DNA of 63,994 bases, the filler included, from Candidatus Zhuqueibacterota bacterium (lineage in GTDB: Bacteria; BS750m-G25): assembly GCA_016783505.1 (NCBI GenBank). It is 3 parts of 3 records of this genome, joined end to end, with 100 filler letters (N's around TTAATTAATTAA, not from the genome) between each part and the next. Parts side by side here need not be neighbours in the genome. Positions count along the whole stretch, not along the records: positions 1 to 23,676 come from JADHWK010000036.1; positions 23,777 to 46,742 come from JADHWK010000037.1; 1 more part is not named here. One strand, 5' to 3'. The translations under genes and the position numbers were made by a program. Each line of letters begins with the position of its first letter. The stretch's first letter is position 1. The notes under the pieces were generated by a model. That model worked only from the letters and a program-made list of their open reading frames with translations. It was not told where the DNA came from and did not search any database. Positions 17,287 to 28,122 of this stretch are shown in pieces.

Positions 17287-19296
17287 ATGGGGGGGAATGC
17301 AAGAAATAAGCCCCGGTCACCCCGCCGGCCACGACCTGAGGGTGGGGGGCGGAAAAAGGGGCGTCCGCAAGGGAAATTTGAATGGCGTCGAGCTACCAAG
17401 ACGCTGACCTTCTGGATTCTGATATTCATGGGGATCTTCCTGTTGACCCAGGTGATCAAAGACAGAAAGCCGGATGAACCGGTGGTGGACTACACCCAGT
17501 ATCGGGAACTTCTCGAGGATGAGGGCAACCGTATCAAGCGGGCTGAAATCGTGGGACAGCGCACCCTTCACGGTGAGCTGGAGTATGAAAAGCAACTCCG
17601 AACTGGGGAGGGTAAGAAAAGCCGCCCTGTTACCTCCAAATACTTTCGGGTGATCCTGCCCCCGGACATCGAAAAAGACCGGGAGTTGTGGGATCAAAAG
17701 GGCATTTCTTATGAATTTAAAGAGGAATCAACCAGCATTCCCGGTTATATCCTGAGCACTATTTTGCCCTGGGTGGTTCTTCTGGGAATCTGGCTTCTGA
17801 TCATGCGTCGGATGCAGGGTGGTGGGGCCAAGGGGATCTTTTCGTTCGGCAAGAGCAAGGCCAAGCTGCTGTTGGAGGGTAGTCAAAAGGTAACCTTTGC
17901 GGATGTAGCCGGGGCCGATGAGGCCAAGGAGGAGTTGCAAGAAATCATTGATTTTTTGAAGGATCCTAAGAAATTCCAGCGGCTGGGGGGGAAGATCCCG
18001 AAAGGTGCCCTCCTTTTGGGCCCCCCGGGGACGGGGAAGACACTTCTGGCCCGGGCAGTGGCCGGGGAGGCGGGGGTGCCCTTCTTTTCCATCAGCGGGG
18101 CCGAATTTGTGGAGATGTTCGTGGGGGTCGGGGCCTCCCGGGTGCGTGATCTTTTCGATCAGGGGAAAAAGAACGCCCCCTGTATCGTCTTCATTGATGA
18201 GATTGATGCAGTAGGCAGGCATCGGGGGGCCGGTCTGGGGGGTGGCCATGACGAGCGAGAGCAAACCCTGAACCAACTGTTGGTGGAGATGGACGGGTTT
18301 GACACCAACGAGGGGGTAATTCTGCTCGCCGCCACCAACAGACCCGACGTGCTCGACCCCGCCCTCTTAAGGCCGGGGCGTTTCGACCGCCAGATCGTGG
18401 TTGACCGGCCGGATATCCGGGGTCGTGAAGGCATTCTAAAAGTCCATACCCGGAAGATCCCTTTAGCAAAGGACGTGGATCTCTCCGTGCTGGCTAAGGG
18501 GACGCCAGGGCTGGCGGGGGCGGAACTGGCCAATCTGGTCAACGAAGCGGCCCTGCTGGCGGCCAAGTACGACTCTAAGTCCGTCACCATGAAGGATCTG
18601 GAGGAAGCCAAGGACAAGGTTATGATGGGGGTGGAGCGCAAATCTATCCTCATCAGCGATGAGGAGAAGAGGAATACCGCCTACCACGAGGCCGGGCATG
18701 TGCTGGTGGCCAAGCTCACTCCAGGTTCGGATTCCGTCCACAAGGTGACCATCATCCCCCGAGGGAGGGCGTTGGGTCTTACCAGTTACCTTCCCATTGA
18801 CGAGAAGCACAACTATTCCCGGTCCTATCTGGAGACCCTGTTGGCCCAGCTTTTAGGGGGGCGGGCGGCCGAGAAACTGGTTTTAAAAGACTTCACCACT
18901 GGTGCGGGAAACGACATCGAGCGGGCCACTGACATCGCTCGAAAGATGGTCTGCGAATGGGGGATGAGCGAGCGCATGGGACCTTTAACCTTTGGAAAGA
19001 AAGAGGAGGAGATATTTCTGGGTCGGGAGATCGCCAAGCATCGGGACTACAGTGAGCATACGGCTGAGGAGATTGACAGGGAAGTCCGGGAGATCGTGGT
19101 GGGGGCGGAGACCCGGGCCGAGTCCCTCATCAGGGGACATGTTGATAAACTTCATCGTCTAGCGGAGGCCCTTCTGGAGAAGGAAATATTAGATGGAGAA
19201 GAGATTGACCGCCTTTTGCGTGGGGCCAAATTGCCAGCCCCAAAGAAGAGAAAGAGAGTGGCTCGTAAAAAGGTTACCCCGGCGGAGGCGGCGTAG
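17287..19296 (+). CDS. ftsH: ATP-dependent zinc metalloprotease FtsH
   Basis: Two TM helices, [13 protein letters not shown], second region of homology, HEAGH. Confidence 0.97.
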   Translation: MGGNARNKPRSPRRPRPEGGGRKKGRPQGKFEWRRATKTLTFWILIFMGIFLLTQVIKDRKPDEPVVDYTQYRELLEDEGNRIKRAEIVGQRTLHGELEYEKQLRTGEGKKSRPVTSKYFRVILPPDIEKDRELWDQKGISYEFKEESTSIPGYILSTILPWVVLLGIWLLIMRRMQGGGAKGIFSFGKSKAKLLLEGSQKVTFADVAGADEAKEELQEIIDFLKDPKKFQRLGGKIPKGALLLGPPGTGKTLLARAVAGEAGVPFFSISGAEFVEMFVGVGASRVRDLFDQGKKNAPCIVFIDEIDAVGRHRGAGLGGGHDEREQTLNQLLVEMDGFDTNEGVILLAATNRPDVLDPALLRPGRFDRQIVVDRPDIRGREGILKVHTRKIPLAKDVDLSVLAKGTPGLAGAELANLVNEAALLAAKYDSKSVTMKDLEEAKDKVMMGVERKSILISDEEKRNTAYHEAGHVLVAKLTPGSDSVHKVTIIPRGRALGLTSYLPIDEKHNYSRSYLETLLAQLLGGRAAEKLVLKDFTTGAGNDIERATDIARKMVCEWGMSERMGPLTFGKKEEEIFLGREIAKHRDYSEHTAEEIDREVREIVVGAETRAESLIRGHVDKLHRLAEALLEKEILDGEEIDRLLRGAKLPAPKKRKRVARKKVTPAEAA

Positions 19297-19344
19297 GTCA
19301 ACGTAAGAAAAACATTTTTCCCCATTATATTTCAGGAATAACCT

Positions 19345-20010
19345 TTGGATCAGGAAAAGGAACTCAGGGAGAAGATTCGCCGGGAGCTCGAGGAGCAAGA
19401 GAAAACCCGGAGCCTATCGGCAAAGGAGCGAAAGGAACTGGAGCAGCGAAAAAAGGAAGAGGAACGCCGCAGACGCATCCTGACCGAAGAGAGGGAAAAG
19501 TTCTTCAGGGAGAAGAAAGGCTACATCAGGTACGTAAACGAGCTGGGCGAAGAGGAGTGGCTGACAGAGGAGGAGATCAAGCAAAGGGAAGGATATTTTA
19601 AACTTGAGGATGATCTGGGGGATTTGGATAGGAAGAAGTGGTTGGTGAGCCTGAGGCTGGTGCTGGGAGCCGTGGCTTTTTTCCTCTTCTTGGGACTTTT
19701 GTATTTAATCCTTACGGAGAAAACGGGATCGCTGGAGGTGACCAGTTCCCTTCCCGGGGCGCACATTTTCGTGGATGGGGAGAAGACAGAATATGTGACT
19801 GACCATGTGCTGGAGGGTATCCCTGGGGGATACCATCTTATCGAGGTGAAAAAGGAAGGCTACCGGTCGGAACCCCGGACAGCCCCGGTTAAGGTGTCGG
19901 CACGCAAGCAGAAACAGGTTCATTTTGTCCTGAGGGCTGTTACTGAAGGAATGGCCGATGAGGCCCGGTCAAGGGAGGGTCCGGCGACCGGGGGAAATGA
20001 GCGGGATTAA
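19345..20010 (+). CDS. Membrane protein with charged coiled coil, one TM helix and a PEGA domain
   Basis: GSLEVTSSLPGAHIFVDG...GYHLIEVKKEGY. Confidence 0.7.
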   Translation: MDQEKELREKIRRELEEQEKTRSLSAKERKELEQRKKEEERRRRILTEEREKFFREKKGYIRYVNELGEEEWLTEEEIKQREGYFKLEDDLGDLDRKKWLVSLRLVLGAVAFFLFLGLLYLILTEKTGSLEVTSSLPGAHIFVDGEKTEYVTDHVLEGIPGGYHLIEVKKEGYRSEPRTAPVKVSARKQKQVHFVLRAVTEGMADEARSREGPATGGNERD

Positions 20011-20023
20011 TTTGCTTCGGGAA

Positions 20024-20578
20024 ATGGATTTAAAAAAGATTGAAGGGGCGGTGATCTCCCTCTTAGAGGCGATCGGTGAGGATCCCAAACGGGAGGGTTT
20101 GGCCCGGACTCCCCAGCGTATCGCCCGGATGTACAAGGAGATATTCGCCGGGGTTTCAGTCGAGCCTAAGGAAAAAATTCAGATTTATTCCACCGAGAAT
20201 CAGGACGAAATGATTATCATACGGGATATACCCTTCTACTCCATGTGTGAACACCACCTGCTACCTTTTTCAGGAAAGGTCTCTATCGCCTATATTCCGA
20301 ATAATAACCAGATAACCGGCTTCAGTAATTTAGTTGAGGTGGTGGAGCTATATTCGAAAAGGCCCCAGCTTCAGGAGAGGATGACCACCCAGATTGCCGA
20401 ATCTATAATGGAGGTTCTGAAGCCTAAGGGTGTTTTGGTGGTGGTAAAAGCCAGGCATATGTGTCTTGAGATGCGGGGGGTCAAGAAGCCCGAGGCGAGG
20501 ACCGTTACCTCAGCAATGAGGGGCATCCTGCGCCAGACCCCTACCCGGATGGAGGCCTTTTCGTTGATTGGAGGCTAA
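20024..20578 (+). CDS. folE: GTP cyclohydrolase I
   Basis: GEDPKREGLARTP, SMCEHHLLPF, RPQLQER, HMCLEMRG; start chosen at MDLKK. Confidence 0.95.
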   Translation: MDLKKIEGAVISLLEAIGEDPKREGLARTPQRIARMYKEIFAGVSVEPKEKIQIYSTENQDEMIIIRDIPFYSMCEHHLLPFSGKVSIAYIPNNNQITGFSNLVEVVELYSKRPQLQERMTTQIAESIMEVLKPKGVLVVVKARHMCLEMRGVKKPEARTVTSAMRGILRQTPTRMEAFSLIGG

Positions 20579-20935
20579 TAGTCTAACTAAACTGTGGCAA
20601 ATTAAAATCCAGAAGGTTCGGGACCAATAACCATCAGTCCGGCGCCTGACGGAAGCACCAAGTTCCTCTGGCCGGGCAGGCAAAGAATCTCCAACAACTA
20701 AAATTCCAATTACCAAAATGAAATTGTTTTTAGACATTTGGTAATTAGGAATTAGGATTTGTTTGTCCCGAACCTTCGGGATGGGATTTGGTGGTTGTAA
20801 TTTATAATTTTTGATCATTTTGCTAGAGTTTAGAATCTAATTTTCGATGTATCTTGATGAGGACCATTGATCGCTGATGCTATTTGCAGATCCCCACCGG
20901 ATTTCGTTCCAGGATGAAGGAGGGGATTTTTTATA

Positions 20936-22153
20936 TTGGAGGGCATGGTGGGTCATCCGCGAATTCTGGAACTGAAGACCCCGGCTGAGGTTCAAGAAGA
21001 GTTCGAAAGAATCGGGGTTTCCCAAAGCGGCATTCGGATTATGGCTCCACGAGCCCGTTTCCTGAACGTGAAAGTGGAGGGCGTAAAGACGCCGGCCGCC
21101 CTCATCTTGAAGCAAGAAATGCTGTCAGGGGGCGGGGAATGTGCGGTTCATGAGGGGGTCATTACCCATCAGGTGGGCCAATCCGACCTCGTCCTTATGG
21201 GTCGGCGGGACCATTTTGATGAACTGATCCAGAAAATTTCCACCCAGGATTTTGGCTTACATGAAATTGGGGAGGGGTTAAAAAAGCTTCTGTCCAATGT
21301 CTTTGATTATCAGGGGTTCCTTATTGATTGTGGGGGGAGGATTCTGAACCTGAAGGGGCGTACCGGGGTGATGGGGGTGTTGAACGTGACCCCCGATTCC
21401 TTCTCGGATGGGGGCTCATTTCTCGATCCCAGCGCGGCCATTGATCGTGCCATTCAAATGGAAGATGAAGGGGCCGACATCATTGACATCGGGGGGGAGT
21501 CCACCCGACCGGGGTCGAAGTCCGTTTCTATCCAGGAGGAGTTGAACCGGATTTTGCCGGTCATCGAGGGCCTTCAGGGAAGGTTGACCATTCCCATTTC
21601 CGTAGACACCTGTAAGGCAAAGGTGGTCCCCAGGGCGCTTAAGGCCGGTGCCGGGATGGTCAATGACATCAGCGGACTGGGCTTTGACAAGGAAATGGCG
21701 GATACCGTGGCCCATCATGAGGTGCCCTTGGTGATCATGCACATCAAGGGAATCCCAAAAAATATGCAAGAAAATCCCACCTATAATGACGTTATGGGGG
21801 AGATCATTTCCTACTTGGACGAGAGAACCCAGCAGGCCCTTAAGGCCGGGGTTTCACCCCATAAGGTCATTGTAGACCCAGGAATTGGTTTCGGGAAGAT
21901 GGTTGAGGATAACTTTACCATCCTGCGCCGTCTGGGCGAGCTTAAAGGATTGGGATTTCCCATACTGGTGGGCCCCTCGAGAAAGTCGTTCATCGGGATT
22001 ACCCTTGATCTTCCCGTTGAGGAGCGTCTGGAGGGGACGGCGGCCTCAGTGGCCGCGGCGGTGCTTAATGGGGCCAACCTGGTGCGGGTGCACGACGTCA
22101 AGGAGATGGTGCGGGTGGTGCGGATCGCTGATGCGATTAAATATCAAAGCTAA
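20936..22153 (+). CDS. folP: Dihydropteroate synthase with an N-terminal extension of about 130 aa
   Basis: MGVLNVTPDSFSDGG, GGESTRPG, DPGIGFGK, SRKSF, RVHDV. Confidence 0.95.
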   Translation: MEGMVGHPRILELKTPAEVQEEFERIGVSQSGIRIMAPRARFLNVKVEGVKTPAALILKQEMLSGGGECAVHEGVITHQVGQSDLVLMGRRDHFDELIQKISTQDFGLHEIGEGLKKLLSNVFDYQGFLIDCGGRILNLKGRTGVMGVLNVTPDSFSDGGSFLDPSAAIDRAIQMEDEGADIIDIGGESTRPGSKSVSIQEELNRILPVIEGLQGRLTIPISVDTCKAKVVPRALKAGAGMVNDISGLGFDKEMADTVAHHEVPLVIMHIKGIPKNMQENPTYNDVMGEIISYLDERTQQALKAGVSPHKVIVDPGIGFGKMVEDNFTILRRLGELKGLGFPILVGPSRKSFIGITLDLPVEERLEGTAASVAAAVLNGANLVRVHDVKEMVRVVRIADAIKYQS

Positions 22154-22162
22154 AGGATAAAA

Positions 22163-22249
22163 TTGGTCATTAAGTCATTGGGTAATTAACTTATTGACCC
22201 TAACTAATTATATTTTAATGACTTAATAACCTAATAACTTAATGACTAA
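22163..22249. repeat. Inverted pair of 9-mer tandem arrays with an empty centre
   Basis: (agtcatt)-type left arm and (aatgact/aataact)-type right arm. Confidence 0.7.
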
Positions 22250-22258
22250 GGGATTATT

Positions 22259-23098
22259 ATGGATTGGTTTAAAAGGGCTACAACCGGGCTGAGGACCCAG
22301 AAAAAAAGGGAGATGCCCGACGGATTATGGATTAAATGCGACTCCTGCGGCGAGATCATCTTTAAAAAGGAGCTGGCACGACACCTTTACGTCTGTCCCA
22401 AATGTGGTAATCACTTCCGCATCAGCAGCGCCAACTATCTCGCCATCCTACTGGATGAAGGGACGTTTGAGGAGATAGATTCAAATTTGAAGTCCACCGA
22501 CCCGCTGGGGTTTAAGGATACCAAAAGATATGTGGATCGTTTAAAGGAAGCGACCCTGAAAACGGGTATGACCGAGGCGGTACGCACCGGTTACGGGCAG
22601 ATTTTTTCCCGAAAAGTGGTCTTCGGGGTGATGGATTTTTCCCACCTGGGTGGTAGCGTGGGTTCCGTAGTGGGCGAAAAGATAGGCCGAGCGGTGGACC
22701 GGGCCTATCAAGGGCGACTGCCCCTCATTGTGGTCTCTGCCTCGGGGGGGATGCGGATGCAGGAGGGGGTGGTCTCCCTGATGCAGATGGCTAAAACCTC
22801 GGCCAAGCTCGCCCGGATGGCCGAGAGCAGGGTTCCCTACATTTCCGTGCTCACCAATCCCACTACCGGGGGCACCACCGCCAGCTTTGCCATGCTGGGG
22901 GACATCATCATCGCCGAGCCCAAAGCGTTGATCGGATTTGCCGGTCCCCGGGTTATCAAGCAGACCATCGGCCAGGACCTCCCCGAAGGATTTCAGCGCT
23001 CGGAGTTTCTCTTAGAACACGGCTTTATTGACTTTATCGTGGAGAGAAAAGGGCTGAAGAAAAAGCTGGGGGAATTGCTTAATTTTTTTGATCATTAA
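22259..23098 (+). CDS. accD: Acetyl-CoA carboxylase carboxyltransferase beta subunit
   Basis: LWIKCDSC...CPKC zinc ribbon, SGGMRMQEG, PTTGG, FAGPRVI, FQRSEFL. Confidence 0.95.
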   Translation: MDWFKRATTGLRTQKKREMPDGLWIKCDSCGEIIFKKELARHLYVCPKCGNHFRISSANYLAILLDEGTFEEIDSNLKSTDPLGFKDTKRYVDRLKEATLKTGMTEAVRTGYGQIFSRKVVFGVMDFSHLGGSVGSVVGEKIGRAVDRAYQGRLPLIVVSASGGMRMQEGVVSLMQMAKTSAKLARMAESRVPYISVLTNPTTGGTTASFAMLGDIIIAEPKALIGFAGPRVIKQTIGQDLPEGFQRSEFLLEHGFIDFIVERKGLKKKLGELLNFFDH

Positions 23099-23263
23099 GA
23101 AATGCCTTGTGTCATAATTTGGTTTGACAATTAAACCCCGAAGTTTCGGAGTAACTCCTCCACTCTCCCGAAGTTACCCGTTTATGGGTTTATTTGGGCA
23201 GAGTCTTCAAATTATTACAGGACACCAGGGAAGACGTTAAGACATAAAAAAATAGACTTTGAT

Positions 23264-23676
23264 GTGTTGAAGGATAAGATAAATATCCTCCTGACGAATG
23301 ATGACGGTATCGCTGCTCCGGGGCTTTTTGCCCTCTGCAAAGAGATGAAAAAGCTGGGAGGGGTGACCATCGTGGCTCCAGACTCGGAACAGTCGGCGGT
23401 GGGACATGCCATCACCCTATCCGATCCCCTGAGGGTATGGGAATTTTACCGTGACGATGAGCTTTATGGCTACGCCGTGAACGGCACCCCGGCCGACTCT
23501 GTTAAATTGGCCCTGAAGGCGATCCTGAAAGAGAGGCCGCGGCTCATCGTCTCCGGGATCAACCAGGGGGTGAATACCGGGATCAATGTCATCTATTCCG
23601 GTACGGTGTCGGCGGCCACCGAGGGGACCATCAACGAAATCCCCTCCATCGCTGTATCCTTAGCCTCCTTTACCGA
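23264..23676 (+). CDS. surE: 5'/3'-nucleotidase SurE (3' end lost at the gap)
   Basis: ILLTNDDG, GTPADSV, SGINQG, YSGTVSAA. Confidence 0.93.
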
Positions 23677-23776
23677 NNNNNNNNNNNNNNNNNNNNNNNN
23701 NNNNNNNNNNNNNNNNNNNNTTAATTAATTAANNNNNNNNNNNNNNNNNNNNNNNNNNNNNNNNNNNNNNNNNNNN
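23677..23776. other. Artificial contig linker
   Basis: N-run with a central TTAATTAATTAA (stops in all frames). Confidence 0.97.
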
Positions 23777-23911
23777 ACCAACCCGGTGATCACCTCTCCC
23801 ATCATTGGGGCAAACACCGTGGCCCAGCTTCATGAAAGCCTGGGGGCAGTAGGGTTTAGGTTGACTGCTGAGGAACGGAAAATATTAAATGAAGTAAGTG
23901 GGTGGAAATAG
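23777..23911 (+). CDS. C-terminal fragment of an aldo/keto reductase
   Basis: NPVITSPIIGANTVAQLHESLGAVGFRLTAEERKILNEVS. Confidence 0.8.
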   Translation, partial: TNPVITSPIIGANTVAQLHESLGAVGFRLTAEERKILNEVSGWK

Positions 23912-24238
23912 TGGGGGTAAGTGTCCGTTCTTTAGTTTATTTGAAACCTCTGAAAAATCACCCTATTAGATAGGTTGACATCGGTTTTTAGCTACAAAAA
24001 CAAGGTCAATTTTCCCAAAATCCCCCCTTTTTATTGAAAAAAGGCCCATTCATTCATCTTGAGTAGGCCTTTTGTTTTTCCTTAAATATCTGGCTGTTCC
24101 CAAAAATTGTGATTAGATAAATTCAGAAAGTACCTTATTAAAGACTTGACTTTTCCTAATAAAAGACTTAAATTATTGTTGTTATAGTTCGAATTAAAAA
24201 ATTTAATTATTCATCAAAACATTAAAGGGGGTGTTATT

Positions 24239-24961
24239 ATGAGACTGTCTACAAATATTTTCTTAATTGTGTCCTTGTTATCAATTTTATTTCCCCTGGA
24301 AGGTTTTGCTCAAGCTGACTCACCGCAAGAGGATCGATCTGAACCACATTTTAGAAAAGGTAGTCGAGCGTTACAATTTTATTTAATAAATGAAATATCA
24401 GCTGCAATCAAAAAACATTATACAAATCGAACAGCTCTTCGTCTAAAGTTTGATATATCGGGTATGTTTAGCGATGAACAGGGTGACTATGATACTAAAT
24501 TTGAAAGTGTTTATGATACGACAACGATAAAAAAAGATAGGGATTCCAAACTAAACATTCAAGGCATTGATATTTCCTTACAGTATCTTTTTTATCCACA
24601 TCCAAATAAGAGGATAAACATATTTGTTGGAACAGGGCCTTTTGTTGGTTTTCATCGTAGCAAATCTGAATATGAAGATGAAGAAAAAAATGGGACATTA
24701 CGTAAACATACGTATGATATATTAACTTATACATGGTCGTTTGGAATTACAGGAATAGGTGGTGTTGAAAGTTTTATTACCAAACAAATTAGTTTATTTG
24801 CTGATTATAGGATTTTTTTAAGCTACAATTGGCAACATGGTGAATCCACCAGTAAATCATTGTATAATTCTGACTGGAGTGAATTTACATCTACTTACAA
24901 TGGCCGATTTTGGGAATTAAACCTTAGTTCTCTAAGGGTGGGTATATCTATATATTTTTAA
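24239..24961 (+). CDS. Outer-membrane beta-barrel protein (AT-rich)
   Basis: Signal peptide ending GFA, amphipathic strands, GGVESFITKQISLFADY, C-terminal GISIYF. Confidence 0.75.
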   Translation: MRLSTNIFLIVSLLSILFPLEGFAQADSPQEDRSEPHFRKGSRALQFYLINEISAAIKKHYTNRTALRLKFDISGMFSDEQGDYDTKFESVYDTTTIKKDRDSKLNIQGIDISLQYLFYPHPNKRINIFVGTGPFVGFHRSKSEYEDEEKNGTLRKHTYDILTYTWSFGITGIGGVESFITKQISLFADYRIFLSYNWQHGESTSKSLYNSDWSEFTSTYNGRFWELNLSSLRVGISIYF

Positions 24962-25137
24962 TCATCAGTATTGTGCTGCAACTTTGTCGTATACTTACAT
25001 TTCATAATTGATAATAAGATTAAGAAATAAAGGACTTGACTTTTTGCAAAATAATTCTCCCAAAATTCTCCCATTTTAGGTAATTCAGATAGACAAATTT
25101 CCACAAATTAGACACTTTTTAAGGGTATTTTAGCTAC

Positions 25138-25215
25138 GCCCCTGTAGCTCAGTCAGGATAGAGCAGCGGTTTCCTAAACCGTTGGTCGGGTGTTCGAGTC
25201 ACCCCAGGGGTACCA
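25138..25215 (+). tRNA. tRNA-Arg (CCT)
   Basis: GCCCCTG/CAGGGGT acceptor stem, loop TTCCTAA, GTTCGAGTC, encoded CCA. Confidence 0.93.
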
Positions 25216-25393
25216 ACAAGATCGTAGCACTTTAATTGTTTGAAGTTGAGAAAAAGCGGGGCAAGGGAGCAGGGGGGATGAGGAGAAGGGGAAAAAAGGG
25301 GAGGGGAAGAAAAGCCGACAAGGAGAAAAAACTTCTCGTTGCCCGCCTTGTGGGTTAGCCCAAAGATAGGTAAATTTGTTGTAGGAGAAAATT

Positions 25394-26062
25394 ATGTTAA
25401 AACCGAGGAAGAAATTAACCAAGCAGCAGTTGAAAGAGGATAAGCTGGTCACCACTACGTATAAGGTGAATGAATTTATCACCCAGCATTCCCGATTGAT
25501 CACTTATGGGGCAGTCGCCGTAGCTGCAATCGTCCTGTTCAGCGTCTTATGTGTCCGCAGCGGGCGCCAGGCTAGCCGCAACGCCGCCACCGAGACCACC
25601 ATGTCCAAATTCGAATTTTATACCGGGAGATATGAAGCGGCCATCGAAAAATTCAAATCTATTCTCGATCAATACGAGGGGACCAGGGGCGCCGGTGAGG
25701 CGGCCTATTACCTGGCCCTAAGCCATCTGGCCTTGGGGAATAGGGAGGAGGCAGAAGCTACTTTTAAGCTCTTTTTAAAATCCTATGGGAAGGATAGGAT
25801 TTTGGTCAGCGCCGCCCATACCGGTTTGGGAACTATCTTGGAAGATCAGGGCCAATTTGAAAAGGCGGCTGACCAATATATCGCTGCCTATAAGGTGGGC
25901 AAGGATCTCTTTTCGGCCCCTCAAAATCTGATCAATGCAGGGCGATGCTTCCAGTCAGCAGGCCTTGCTGGTCAGGCCAGAGAGATTTATCAGTCCGTGT
26001 TAGACCATTATGCATACTCCCCCTTAAGGGCCGATGCGGAAAACCGGTTGGCCGGACTGTAA
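25394..26062 (+). CDS. Membrane-anchored tetratricopeptide repeat protein (YfgM-like)
   Basis: KLTKQQLKEDKLV N-terminus, one TM helix, TPR helices. Confidence 0.75.
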   Translation: MLKPRKKLTKQQLKEDKLVTTTYKVNEFITQHSRLITYGAVAVAAIVLFSVLCVRSGRQASRNAATETTMSKFEFYTGRYEAAIEKFKSILDQYEGTRGAGEAAYYLALSHLALGNREEAEATFKLFLKSYGKDRILVSAAHTGLGTILEDQGQFEKAADQYIAAYKVGKDLFSAPQNLINAGRCFQSAGLAGQAREIYQSVLDHYAYSPLRADAENRLAGL

Positions 26063-26073
26063 TATCTGTAAGG

Positions 26074-26293
26074 TCAGTCAGGCGCCCTGGCCTGTTGCAG
26101 AACTATCGCAATTGATAATTTAGGGGTTATGTTTAGAACCGCTCTAAAGAGCGGTTCTGGTTAAATAGTTGTTAAAGAAAGTCTTAACCAGAACCTTATC
26201 CCGATGTTTCGGGGTAGGTTTTGGCCCTTGCTGAGCAGGCAAGATCTTCATACGGAAAATCAAGGATCTCTGGGTTGTGACCCGCCTGACTGA
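26074..26293. mobile_element. MITE-like element, same family as 5308-5567 and 34166-34383
   Basis: tcagtcaggcg..ggcctgttgcagaact left end; gggttgtgacccgcctgactga right end; internal palindromes. Confidence 0.55.
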
Positions 26294-26320
26294 CACCCGA
26301 CTGAAAAAATAATTTTTCTC

Positions 26321-26383
26321 TTGCAATTAAGAGAAAAAAATTGTATATTTATTCGAAGGTGGGTTGACAAGACCCACTTTTTT
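26321..26383 (+). promoter_or_regulatory. rimP operon promoter and leader hairpin
   Basis: TTGCAA(26321)-17-TATATT(26344); aaggtgggtt-gacaa-gacccacttt followed by a T-run, like the GTGGG/CCCAC rimP leader. Confidence 0.65.
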
Positions 26384-26388
26384 GTTAT

Positions 26389-26835
26389 ATGGATTTAAAA
26401 GATAAACTACAGAAACTTTTTTTGCCGATCATAGAGGGTCGCGGGGCCTTCCTGGTGGATATTCAAATCTCGGGCGGCCCCCGAAAGCCTTTTCTGTCCG
26501 TATTCCTGGACACCCCTTCTGGAATATCTTTAGGGGAATGTGCTTCCTTCAGCCGGCAGTTTTCTGATATGCTGGATATGGAAAACCTGTTGGAGGAATA
26601 TCGGCTAGTGGTATCCTCTCCGGGTCTCAATCGTCCCCTAAAGAGTAAGGAAGACTTTGCTCGAAAGATTGGAAAGCAAGTAGAAATAGTGGTTCAGGAA
26701 GGGGAGAAGACCATTCATCTGGAGGGATCCCTTCACTCGGTCACCCAAGAGGAGGTCTTTATCGAAACCAGGGGGGGGATTAGTAGAATAAAATTAGGGG
26801 TCATTAAAACGGCCCATTTAAAAATAGTACTCTAA
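26389..26835 (+). CDS. rimP: Ribosome maturation factor RimP
   Basis: YRLVVSSPGLNRPL; position upstream of nusA. Confidence 0.9.
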   Translation: MDLKDKLQKLFLPIIEGRGAFLVDIQISGGPRKPFLSVFLDTPSGISLGECASFSRQFSDMLDMENLLEEYRLVVSSPGLNRPLKSKEDFARKIGKQVEIVVQEGEKTIHLEGSLHSVTQEEVFIETRGGISRIKLGVIKTAHLKIVL

Positions 26836-26884
26836 GAAATTATTTCTTGTAATTATATAGATTTAGGGTTGAAGCGAGGACACC

Positions 26885-28120
26885 ATGAACCATGAAATCG
26901 TTGATGCCGTCTCCCAGCTCATGAGGGAAAAAAACATCGACCGGGACATCCTTCAGGAAATTATTGAGGGTGTTTTTAAGACCATCCTTAAGAAAAAGTA
27001 CGGATCATCTGATAATTTTGAAATCATCTTCAATATGGACAAAGGTGATATCGAGATTTATTGTGAAAAAGTGATAATGGAAGATGGGGGGATAACGGAT
27101 CCTCTTCGGGAGATTGAGCTGGGGGTTGCCCGCACGGAAGACCCTGATCTGGAGGTAGGGGATGAATATGTGGAAATTATTAATTATAAGGACTTTGGTC
27201 GCCGGCTGATCATCTCGGCCAAGCAAAACCTTATTCAAAAGATTAAGGAGATTGAAAAAGAAAATATTTACAATGAATTTAAAGACCGAGTGGGGGAAAT
27301 CGTCATTGGGGACATTCATCAGGTCAATCGCCGGGAGGTCAAGCTGAATGTAGAGCGCATTGAGGTCATTATGCCACGGGGAGAGCAGGTATATAATGAG
27401 CGGTATCGGCGTGGGGATTCACTGAGGGTATTGGTTAAAGAGGTCAACCGCACCACCCGCGAGCCCGAAATTACCGTTTCCAGAAGTGACCCCGATTTTC
27501 TTCGCCGGCTGTTTGAACTGGAGGTGCCGGAGATCTTCGACGGCATTATTGAGATTCAGAAAATTGTTCGTGCACCCGGTGATCGCGCTAAGGTTGCTGT
27601 CATCTCCAATGACAAGCGCATTGATCCGGTTGGGGCCTGTGTGGGGATGAAAGGGGTTCGTATTCAGGCTATCGTACGTGAGCTGAACAACGAAAAGGTG
27701 GATATCGTCAAATGGGACGAGGATCCCAAACACAACATCCGACGAGCCTTAGGCTCTTTGATTGAGGCCCGGGAAATTCTGCTAAATGAGGAGGAGAAAA
27801 AGGCCCAGGTTGTCCTTCCCGACGACCAAATGTCCCTGGCAATCGGCCGCCGTGGACATAACCTGAGGCTGGCCTCAGAGCTGACCGGATATGACATAGA
27901 ACCAATTAAGGAATCCGAATACCATGCGACGGAAGAGGAACTGGAGCTGGCAGAGGTAGAGGGTCTGGGAAAAGCCACCTTAAAACGGCTGTTGGACGCC
28001 GGATATCAGTATGCTGAAGAAGTTCTCGATGAAGGCAGGGAAAAGCTGCTGTCTATTCCAGGCATCGGCGAGAAAAAGTCCCGGAAGATTATTCAAATAC
28101 TGGAAAACTATTACGAATAG
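26885..28120 (+). CDS. nusA: Transcription termination/antitermination factor NusA
   Basis: FELEVPEI, DPVGACVGMKG, SLAIGRRGHN, C-terminal HhH. Confidence 0.97.
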   Translation: MNHEIVDAVSQLMREKNIDRDILQEIIEGVFKTILKKKYGSSDNFEIIFNMDKGDIEIYCEKVIMEDGGITDPLREIELGVARTEDPDLEVGDEYVEIINYKDFGRRLIISAKQNLIQKIKEIEKENIYNEFKDRVGEIVIGDIHQVNRREVKLNVERIEVIMPRGEQVYNERYRRGDSLRVLVKEVNRTTREPEITVSRSDPDFLRRLFELEVPEIFDGIIEIQKIVRAPGDRAKVAVISNDKRIDPVGACVGMKGVRIQAIVRELNNEKVDIVKWDEDPKHNIRRALGSLIEAREILLNEEEKKAQVVLPDDQMSLAIGRRGHNLRLASELTGYDIEPIKESEYHATEEELELAEVEGLGKATLKRLLDAGYQYAEEVLDEGREKLLSIPGIGEKKSRKIIQILENYYE

Positions 28121-28122
28121 AT

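Noticed and set aside
23677-23776. TTAATTAATTAA palindrome and the surE-AKR adjacency
   Set aside because: Artificial linker; adjacency across it has no biological support.
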